Below, one piece after another: positions 56,913 to 64,000 of a DNA stretch of 64,000 nt. The DNA is taken from NCBI GenBank assembly GCA_963842085.1, contig CAWJET010000001.1:1984001-2048000 (forward strand), written 5' to 3'. A program made the translations under genes and the position numbers. A model generated the notes under the pieces. It worked only from the letters and a program-made list of their open reading frames with translations. It was not told where the DNA came from and ran no database searches. This DNA is from an uncultured delta proteobacterium (GTDB lineage: Bacteria > Desulfobacterota > Binatia > Binatales > Binataceae). How positions within the stretch are numbered: position 1 is the stretch's first letter; each line of letters begins with the position of its first letter.

Positions 56913-57185
56913 TCACGGTTGAGTCTCGGCGCTGCTGTTGGAAGAAGGCAGAGCGGGGACGCGGCGTGGCTGATTGTCAGCGGAGCGCGACCACGACTGG
57001 AACTCACGGTCTGCGTCGAGAAAGGCGCGGAGAATCTCGGCGATGAGCGAGCGAATATCCACCGACTCGCCGTGAACGTGCTCGTAATATTGGGCGTAAC
57101 GTTCGAGGGTTGCATTCAGGTCGCCGGCGAGCATGACGCGGACCTGAATGGAGCGAAGGGGTTTGATGATGCGTGCGAGTTTCAT
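56913..57185 (-). CDS. DUF2274-like protein
   Basis: DL...L..YA..Y....G......LI..IL..FL..DR.F pattern; GGAGG RBS. Confidence 0.7.
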   Translation of the reverse strand: MKLARIIKPLRSIQVRVMLAGDLNATLERYAQYYEHVHGESVDIRSLIAEILRAFLDADREFQSWSRSADNQPRRVPALPSSNSSAETQP

Positions 57186-57221
57186 AGTGACCTCCACAAA
57201 ATTGGTCTCTGGAATGATTCG

Positions 57222-57536
57222 TCAGAATGGAAAGAGATAAGACAGGAAGCGGACGGCGATGAGCGCAGCGGAACTCGCGAATCCGCCAACCAACAAACGT
57301 CCCGCGAATTGCCTGCTTCCAAGCGCGTACAGGATTGCCGAGCAGGCAAAGTTCAGGACGATCGCGGCGTGAGCCAACGGACCGGCGATGATGTCCTGCA
57401 GGGCAGTCAGCGTCTGGTCCCAAGGCAAAGCGCCGGCACTAGTCGCAGCAAAGCACGGGCTGCCCTGCACGAGGAGGGCGGTGATCATGCTGACGATCAG
57501 CAGAGTGAAAGTTGGACCCTCAAATGTTTTGTTCAT
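57222..57536 (-). CDS. TrbC/VirB2-family conjugative pilin
   Basis: Signal peptide, LPWD..L..LQ..IAGPLA, two TM segments. Confidence 0.8.
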   Translation of the reverse strand: MNKTFEGPTFTLLIVSMITALLVQGSPCFAATSAGALPWDQTLTALQDIIAGPLAHAAIVLNFACSAILYALGSRQFAGRLLVGGFASSAALIAVRFLSYLFPF

Positions 57537-57600
57537 TGGAACTCCCGGACTGCAAAAAAGCTGCCTGTCGAGCAACGTGTGTCTACATGGCTGTAAGAAG

Positions 57601-57629
57601 TAATTACGAAATTACGTAATTCATGTCAA
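57601..57629 (-). promoter_or_regulatory. Putative transfer-operon promoter/operator
   Basis: Minus strand TTGACA (57629-57624) next to a perfect palindrome AATTACGTAATT (57610-57621) and an extra AATTACG half-site; -10 not convincing. Confidence 0.5.
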
Positions 57630-57926
57630 GAGCGACGATCGGAGGACTATCGTCGGGCGCGCTCGCTCGATGCTAGCCGGTTGTTGCACCTTCATCGCTC
57701 GCGGGTGTCTTGCCTGTAGGGGTGCCGAGTCCTACGATTTCGTAGGTTGCTCGTCTTTGATGGCGGGGGAGTTCGCCTGCGCACTCCTGACTGGTCTGCG
57801 CCTTATCAATAAGCGAGCATTGGACAAGAAGGATGCGGGGCCGACCATCCAGCGCCTCAGAGTCCACTTTGAAGCGCTGCGATACACGCCGAACCCCATA
57901 AGACCGCTCGACCAGTGGAGATCGTC

Positions 57927-60755
57927 ATGACGCCCGAAGAATCACCGCCGATGCCTCCTTCGACATTGCAGGCTCGCCGCGGGTGGCTCCGGGATGCGCT
58001 GGGTCTAATGGGAAACGATGCTCCCTTCCCGTGGCAGGAAGAGCTGTTGCGTTGCTTCATGCAGGGGGAAATTCCCCCAGCGCTCGACATTCCGACAGGT
58101 CTCGGGAAGACGGCCGTCATGGCGATATGGCTTGTCGCTCGGGCGTCCGGCGCGAGGCTGCCGCGGCGGCTCGTCTACGTAGTGGATAGGCGTGCCGTGG
58201 TGGATCAGGCCACGGAGGAGGCCGTGAAGCTCCGCGAGTTTGTCGATCAGGTTACGGACTTTAGGCATCGGCTCGACCTCAAGGAAGGGCGCTCGCTTCC
58301 AATCTCCACGCTCCGCGGTCAACACGTCGATAACAAGGAATGGCTCGAAGATCCGGTGTCATCCGCGATCATCGTCGGAACTGTGGACATGGTCGGATCG
58401 CGGCTGCTGTTTGAGGGCTATCGGGTCTCGCGAAAGATGCGGCCGTACCATGCCGGCCTTCTTGGAGCTGACGCCCTGATCGTGCTCGACGAGGCTCACC
58501 TCGTCCCGCCGTTTGAGGAGCTTCTGCGAGCGGTCGCCGAGGATGTGGCGTTCCGCCCCGGGGACCTGGAGTTGCGAAAGGTCGTTCCTGCGTTCAAGCT
58601 TCTGCCGCTGTCGGCCACGGGACGTACCGTCGATGCCGGGGTCTTTGGCCTCACACCCAAGGATTTGGAGAACAAGATCGTGAAGAAGAGGCTGGACGCG
58701 AAGAAGCACCTCGGCATCGTGCCGCTCAAGCACGATGCGAAGCTGGAAGAGGAGCTCGCGCAGCGAGCTTGGGATTTGTCGTGCGACGGGCAAAGCACGA
58801 TGCGGTGCATCGTGTTTTGCAACGAGCGTCGGGTCCTTGAGAAGGCGAAAGGGGCCGTCGAGAAGCTGGCAAAGGGTGACAAGAAAGCGGGGAAGGCCGC
58901 TACGGAAATCGACACCGAGCTACTTGTCGGGGGCCGGAGGGTGTTCGAGCGCGAGCAAGCCAGGGAGCGACTGAACGAGCTCGGCTTTGTAGCCAGCAGC
59001 AAGGCGGAGCGAAATCGGCCAGCATTCCTCTTCGCGACGTCGGCTGGGGAGGTGGGCATTGACCTCAATGCCGACCACATGTCGTGCGACCTCGTAGCTT
59101 GGGAGCGAATGGTGCAGAGATTCGGCCGTGTAAACAGACGCGGTACTGGCGAGGCGCGTGTGGTCGTGCTGGTCGAGCCAGAACCGCGGCCCAACAAGAA
59201 AGAGGCAGAAGCACTCAAGAAGCAGAAGGATGGCGAAGAGCTGGACGAGAAAATGCAAAAGTTGGTCGCGGCCTACGAGACAAGAATCAAAACCTGGCGG
59301 GCCGTTCAAGCACCGCTCAAAGAGCTTCCGAAGAACAGTGAGTTCCTGAATGCGAGTCCTGGCGCGTTGCGGGATCTGAGGACGCGCGCGCAGACCGACC
59401 CGAAGCTGCGAGAGATTCTGGATGCGGCAACTAGCCCAGCACCGTTGCGACCGACGCTTTCACGGGCGTTGGCCGACGCTTGGTCGATGACTTCGCTCAA
59501 GGAACACACGGGCCGTCCTGCGATTAACCCTTGGCTACGGGGATGGATTGAGGACGAGCCTCCACAGACGGCGATTGTGTGGCGGACGCATCTACCCCTG
59601 CGCGTAGGGGGAGCCCCACCAACGTGCAGCGAGATCGAGACGTTTTTCGAGGCCGCGCCGCCACACACGAGCGAGATATTGGAGACTGAGACCTTTCGCG
59701 TCGTCGAGTGGCTGGAGAAGCGGGCCGAAGCTCTACTCTCGTCATCATCAGTAATAGCGCAGGAAGGTGATGCGCGAATGCCGGCGGTGTCGAGAGATTC
59801 GGTTGTGGCTTTTATGCTCGCGCCAGACGGCGATCTGCGCGGGACGCGGAGACTCGGAGATCTAATCGTTTCGAAGGACAAGAACGGCAAGAAGGCTCTT
59901 CAGGATACTCTCGCGGGGGCGACGCTACTGCTTGATGCGCGCTTAGCAGGCTTGAAGGACGGACTTCTGAACGACGAGGAAGGCGCAACTCCCAAGACCG
60001 CTGACGACGGTGACGAATGGCTCGGGCAGGGGGTGGTTCGATTTCGTGTGCGGAGTGCCGACGCGGGCGCAACTCCAAGCAGCGGCGGGCAATGGTACGA
60101 GCGGCTGCGGTTCGCAACCGACATTTCCGAAGACGGCGAGCCGCAACGCTGGCTAGTCGTCGATAAAATGCGTCACGACGCCGCGACCGAAGAAGATCGT
60201 TCGGCGGGACATCCACAGTTGCTCGACGAGCATCAGTCTTGGGCCGAGGGTAAAGCCCGTGCGCTCGCAAAGGCTCTCGGCCTCGATGACTATGGTGAGA
60301 TGCTCGCCGTCTCCGCGCGGTTCCACGACGAAGGCAAGCGCGCTAAGCGGTGGCAGCGATCCTTCAACGCCCCGACTGATGGCGTTTACGCGAAAACTGA
60401 GGGCCCGATTAACTACTCCCTTCTGGACGGGTATCGACATGAGTTAGGCTCGCTGCCCTCTGTGGAGAAGAATGAGCGTTTCCTCGCCTTACCTCCTGAC
60501 CAACGCGAGCTAACGCTTCATTTGATCGCCGCGCACCATGGCTTTGCTCGCGCGGTGATTGGAACGGATGGATGCGAGGATGTGCCACCTTCGAAATTGC
60601 AAGAACGAGCCCGCGAAATCGCGTTGCGCTTTGCGCGACTGCAGCACCGTTGGGGGCCATGGGGGCTGGCGTGGTGGGAATCGCTGTTGCGCGCGGCCGA
60701 TCAGCAGGCTTCACGCGATAACAATGCCAAGATCCCGAGGAAGTATAGAGGCTGA
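57927..60755 (+). CDS. cas3: Type I-G (I-U) Cas3 helicase with C-terminal HD nuclease
   Basis: PFPWQ, IPTGLGKT, PRRLVYVVDRRAVVDQ, DEAH, SAT, QRFGRVNR; C-terminal EH..HDEGK..RHE..HHG..AD. Confidence 0.96.
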   Translation: MTPEESPPMPPSTLQARRGWLRDALGLMGNDAPFPWQEELLRCFMQGEIPPALDIPTGLGKTAVMAIWLVARASGARLPRRLVYVVDRRAVVDQATEEAVKLREFVDQVTDFRHRLDLKEGRSLPISTLRGQHVDNKEWLEDPVSSAIIVGTVDMVGSRLLFEGYRVSRKMRPYHAGLLGADALIVLDEAHLVPPFEELLRAVAEDVAFRPGDLELRKVVPAFKLLPLSATGRTVDAGVFGLTPKDLENKIVKKRLDAKKHLGIVPLKHDAKLEEELAQRAWDLSCDGQSTMRCIVFCNERRVLEKAKGAVEKLAKGDKKAGKAATEIDTELLVGGRRVFEREQARERLNELGFVASSKAERNRPAFLFATSAGEVGIDLNADHMSCDLVAWERMVQRFGRVNRRGTGEARVVVLVEPEPRPNKKEAEALKKQKDGEELDEKMQKLVAAYETRIKTWRAVQAPLKELPKNSEFLNASPGALRDLRTRAQTDPKLREILDAATSPAPLRPTLSRALADAWSMTSLKEHTGRPAINPWLRGWIEDEPPQTAIVWRTHLPLRVGGAPPTCSEIETFFEAAPPHTSEILETETFRVVEWLEKRAEALLSSSSVIAQEGDARMPAVSRDSVVAFMLAPDGDLRGTRRLGDLIVSKDKNGKKALQDTLAGATLLLDARLAGLKDGLLNDEEGATPKTADDGDEWLGQGVVRFRVRSADAGATPSSGGQWYERLRFATDISEDGEPQRWLVVDKMRHDAATEEDRSAGHPQLLDEHQSWAEGKARALAKALGLDDYGEMLAVSARFHDEGKRAKRWQRSFNAPTDGVYAKTEGPINYSLLDGYRHELGSLPSVEKNERFLALPPDQRELTLHLIAAHHGFARAVIGTDGCEDVPPSKLQERAREIALRFARLQHRWGPWGLAWWESLLRAADQQASRDNNAKIPRKYRG

Positions 60756-60758
60756 CCG

Positions 60759-61715
60759 ATGGCGTCGATACCAGTTGACCTCTTCAACCCCGGCCAGGTA
60801 TTCGCGTGCGTGGGCTTCCTTGAGGCGGCGGAGGTTCTTCTTGGTGATGCGATAGGAGGGTTCGACTGGCGATACGAAGAACACGTGCGATTCGAGCTTA
60901 GCTCACGTGGCGAAAGAAATCCTTTCGACGTTGTGCTTGGTTTCCTTGCGGAAGCCGACATCTGCTGCCGCGTGCCCGTCGGGTACGCCAATTCGCTACC
61001 CGTGTCCAAGCGCCGTAAAGGGCGCAAGGACGACGGCGAATCGCAGGAAGAAGACGACAGCGACCTGTTCGATCGAGTCGAGGCTGAGGACACGTTTCCG
61101 GGTCCTAAAGGCGATCCGATGGCTTTACCCATACGCTTGGTCGCACCGATTGACGGACGAACCCGAACACTTTGCATCGGGCATTGGGCCGACGCTTCGA
61201 GCCGGAACGACTTCAAGTTGTACGCCGGTAACCGTTCCGCTGCGACGATTGCACGCGCGATGCTTCGCGGCACTCGCGAGAAACCGAAGAAGGGGGAAAT
61301 GAAAGGGGCCGTAAGGACGCGGGGCATCGATTCACTGTGGAATTCACGCGAGGAGTTGGTTGCAAACCCGTTCGATGTACTCACGCCCATGGGCGGGAGT
61401 TTTAACTTCGATCCTCGTGGTGCCTGGATCGCGATCGATGCAGGATATTCTCCAAACGACCATAAGCATGTGGTGTCAGCGTCCCCGGTCGTAGAGATAC
61501 TCGCAGCGGTGGGTATGGAGCACGCGCGCCCGGATGAGTACGAGACGCGGCGCGTTCGCTATGGTGCCTGGGGCGGTCTCGTACCCCCCATTCTTGCGCG
61601 AGCAGCCTTGGGCTGCGCTCGTATCGGAATCCCCCTTCGGACATTCCAGTTCATGCTCGATCTATCGGGCAAGAACAAGGTCGTAACGATCGCTAAAGAG
61701 GAGATAAGCGGATGA
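60759..61715 (+). CDS. csb3: Type I-G large subunit Cas8g (Csb3)
   Basis: IPVDLFNPGQVFAC.GFLEAA, FKLYAG, FDPRGAW..ID.G.S, VEILAA.G; lies between cas3 and csb1. Confidence 0.85.
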   Translation: MASIPVDLFNPGQVFACVGFLEAAEVLLGDAIGGFDWRYEEHVRFELSSRGERNPFDVVLGFLAEADICCRVPVGYANSLPVSKRRKGRKDDGESQEEDDSDLFDRVEAEDTFPGPKGDPMALPIRLVAPIDGRTRTLCIGHWADASSRNDFKLYAGNRSAATIARAMLRGTREKPKKGEMKGAVRTRGIDSLWNSREELVANPFDVLTPMGGSFNFDPRGAWIAIDAGYSPNDHKHVVSASPVVEILAAVGMEHARPDEYETRRVRYGAWGGLVPPILARAALGCARIGIPLRTFQFMLDLSGKNKVVTIAKEEISG

Positions 61716-62983
61716 CCACCGAGTTGGAGATCGTGAGCGCGGAGGTTCTGGACAGATGGGCGATTGAGATGAAGGGGCCGGTGGCGCTGCATCTCAAGCA
61801 GAAGCTTCTTCCGGTCGAAGTCGACGGTAGCATCATCTTCCCCCCGACATATGCCGACATTGGTTACAACATCGATGCATTATCGGACGGAACGCGCATC
61901 GCCACGATAGACAGTGTTGGATCGCAGGCCAATCGGCTGGAGCCGATCTTCAAGGCGACGGCGGGAACAAAACGCGACGAGTGGCTGGTGCCGCAGATCG
62001 AGATCGTCCTGCGCACAGAAGAGTGCGGTGAATGCGATGCATGCAAAACCGCCAAGGCGGAAAACGACCAGAACGCAAAAAAGAAGAAGGGCCAGTGCGC
62101 AAGCCCGCATAAAGTAACGCGATCGATCCTTGACCTGGCGCACCGGGGGGCCGATGCGGTCGTTCAGTCTTGCCCCGGACTGGCATCGCTGGTCGGAGAG
62201 GCGTTTCAGAAGCTCCGCAGCGCCGGAGACGCGGGTCTTCTTTGCGAGATCGTTCCGACGTCGCTCGTGTTCGGAGTGTGGGACTCTCGTGGCGGGAGCG
62301 GTGAGAAGCGTCCGCGGCTCGTGCGCTCTATCATCCGCGCGTGGGACGTGGACCCTCTCCACGCGGCGGCGCAGTTCAACTCCATCTCGAAAGCTCTCGA
62401 CCAAAATCAGCGCGAGGAGTTGGAGAAGGAAGCAAAGGCTAAGAAGGTCGAATTATCGGCGAAAGGCTTCAACGATGCCCCTGCGACTTTTCGCAAGGTA
62501 GGCACAAACGCCGCAAAGTACATGCAGGAGTTCCGGGATGGATCTCCAAATCCGGAGCGCCGCGTGCTTGGTGGCGTGGTCGCGAGGGGCCCGATCGAAC
62601 GCCAAGTTACCGTGAATCTCGTGGCGTTGCGGGGCTTGCGCGGCAGGGACAACACTGAAACCGAGCACATCCGGAAATACCTCCTCGGCTTGTCGCTCGT
62701 TGCCGCCACTGCGGACATTGACCTGTTCCTCCGCGAGGGCTGCCATCTGAGATATGCGAGCGAAGATGAATGGTACAACATACCGCGACGCGGAGAGCCG
62801 GTTGCATTCAAAATAAAAGACTCGGCAAGAGAGTACGCAAAGGCGGCGACGAATCACTTTCGAGAAGCGTGGCAAAAGAGGTGGCCGAAAGACGAGAACA
62901 TAGAGTACCGCTTCGATCTCAACGAGGCGAAGAAGCTTCTCGCTAAGAAGACAGAGGAGGAAAAAACGCCCGAAGAACCTTGA
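61712..62983 (+). CDS. csb1: Type I-G Cas7 backbone (Csb1)
   Basis: IFPPTYA, IDSVGSQANRLE, HR.AD, P.SLVFGVWDS, LREGC.L. Confidence 0.93.
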   Translation: MTTELEIVSAEVLDRWAIEMKGPVALHLKQKLLPVEVDGSIIFPPTYADIGYNIDALSDGTRIATIDSVGSQANRLEPIFKATAGTKRDEWLVPQIEIVLRTEECGECDACKTAKAENDQNAKKKKGQCASPHKVTRSILDLAHRGADAVVQSCPGLASLVGEAFQKLRSAGDAGLLCEIVPTSLVFGVWDSRGGSGEKRPRLVRSIIRAWDVDPLHAAAQFNSISKALDQNQREELEKEAKAKKVELSAKGFNDAPATFRKVGTNAAKYMQEFRDGSPNPERRVLGGVVARGPIERQVTVNLVALRGLRGRDNTETEHIRKYLLGLSLVAATADIDLFLREGCHLRYASEDEWYNIPRRGEPVAFKIKDSAREYAKAATNHFREAWQKRWPKDENIEYRFDLNEAKKLLAKKTEEEKTPEEP

Positions 62984-62986
62984 GAC

Positions 62987-64000
62987 ATGTCTACCGCGAT
63001 CCTCATAAGTGTACGGCTCCACGACGGACGTTATTATGGCGTGCCAGATTGGCCGCCAGCGCCGGCGCGGCTGTTCCAGGCGCTTTTGGCCGGTGCGGGC
63101 TTGAGCGGGCCGTCCGGAAAGGCGGAGTTAGAAGCGCTGCTTTGGCTGGAGAATAAGTGCGAGAATGAAGCGCCCATTATTGGTGCTCCAGCAGCTTGGC
63201 GCGGCCAGCAAGTAATGTTCTACATGCCGAACAACGATCTCGACCGGGTCGGAGGTGATCCGCATCGGCTGGCCGAAGTGCGCACTGCGAAGAAATTCTT
63301 CAGGCCCTGCATTTTCGATGCGGAAGTTCCGTTCCTATACGTTTGGCCCATTTTCGAAAGCGAAGAACGCGGGCCGCATGTGCGCGTAATCTGCGCGCTC
63401 TCCGAGCGGCTATATCAACTAGGTCGCGGCGTTGACATGGCTTGGGCCTGGGCCGAGTTGCTCGATGCTTCTAGACTCGAAGAGGTTTTGTCGAACTATC
63501 GAGGCCGCATCTACCGACCGTCAAATAGAGGGAGCCAACGTACGCTCGCGTGTCCCACCGCAGGCTCTCTCGATAGTCTTGCAGCGCGCTATCGGGCCTA
63601 TAGCCGGCGTTTCGAGTCAGTGGCCGAGGACAAGAAGATCAACCGGGTCTTCACAAAGGCACCGAGGCCGAGATTTCGGCCAGTAGCATATGAGAGCCCG
63701 CCGTCTAGGCGCGTTTACGAACTTCGCGGGCCGTCCGGCTCTGCACCGTTCGTCCCATGGTCGTTAGTCCGCGCGTCAGAACTTATCGAGCATGTGCGGG
63801 ACCGCGCGCTCGAACGCCTCCAGCGGGCACTCCCGTCGAGAACGGAGGAAATTGCTCGCGTGCTCGTGGGCCGCAAGCCCGACGGCTCTAGCGACGGACC
63901 GATCGATGCGCGAGTGCGACTTGTCCCCTTGCCTTCGGTTGGGCACCATCATGCCGATCGCGGCATCAGGCGCGTTTTGGTGCAGGTCCCAGCAGATTGC
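62987..64000 (+). CDS. csb2: Type I-G Cas5/Cas6 fusion Csb2 (partial, runs off the window)
   Basis: MSTAILISVRLHDGRYYG..DWPPAPARLFQALLAG, YMPNND.D, QLGRGVDMA, PLPSVGHHHAD. Confidence 0.92.
   Translation, partial: MSTAILISVRLHDGRYYGVPDWPPAPARLFQALLAGAGLSGPSGKAELEALLWLENKCENEAPIIGAPAAWRGQQVMFYMPNNDLDRVGGDPHRLAEVRTAKKFFRPCIFDAEVPFLYVWPIFESEERGPHVRVICALSERLYQLGRGVDMAWAWAELLDASRLEEVLSNYRGRIYRPSNRGSQRTLACPTAGSLDSLAARYRAYSRRFESVAEDKKINRVFTKAPRPRFRPVAYESPPSRRVYELRGPSGSAPFVPWSLVRASELIEHVRDRALERLQRALPSRTEEIARVLVGRKPDGSSDGPIDARVRLVPLPSVGHHHADRGIRRVLVQVPADC

Larger units (their letters stand above)
48864..64000. mobile_element. tRNA-Val-integrated integrative mobilisable element carrying type I-G cas genes (right end outside window)
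   Basis: Integrase abuts the tRNA 3' end; followed by xis, immA/immR, MOBF relaxase, T4CP, RHH, pilin and the cas operon. Confidence 0.85.

Noticed and set aside
48864-57600. Prophage or self-transmissible ICE
   Set aside because: No virion genes and no VirB4 or other MPF genes in the window; fits a mobilisable element
57927-64000. CRISPR-associated transposon (CAST)
   Set aside because: No tnsB, tnsC or tniQ; Cas3 nuclease motifs are intact; integration is explained by a tyrosine integrase at a tRNA

Overview
GC-rich bacterial chromosome segment. The taxon is not determined; the gene style recalls soil lineages such as Binatota, which is inference only. The backbone carries guaB, ddl, rdgB-like, MscS, MoxR/VWA, thyX, pyrD, a rhodanese, pcp, tad pseudopilins, DUF1329, rpmH-rnpA-yidD-yidC-jag, bcp, ilvE, pcnB, a ferritin-like gene, a MauG/bCcP-phosphoesterase-cytochrome c operon and TetR-RND efflux, with many REP-like intergenic repeats. 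Four mobile units were delimited from the sequence. (1) and (2) are cargo-carrying IS1595-family transposons (2124-5587, 37317-39337), each with terminal IRs, an 8-bp (G/C)TAATTAG target duplication and a similar unannotated small basic ORF. (3) is a 1.77-kb element with no transposase (28288-30058), bounded by GGTACTG/CAGTACC ends, six iterated 15-bp subterminal motifs and a 7-bp GTTCGCC target duplication. (4) is a tRNA-Val-integrated mobilisable element (48864 to the window end) with integrase, Xis, ImmR/ImmA, MOBF relaxase, T4CP, candidate oriT, a lone TrbC pilin and a type I-G (I-U) cas3-csb3-csb1-csb2 operon. No CRISPR array is visible inside the window. All family calls rest on motifs read by eye; no database search was run.
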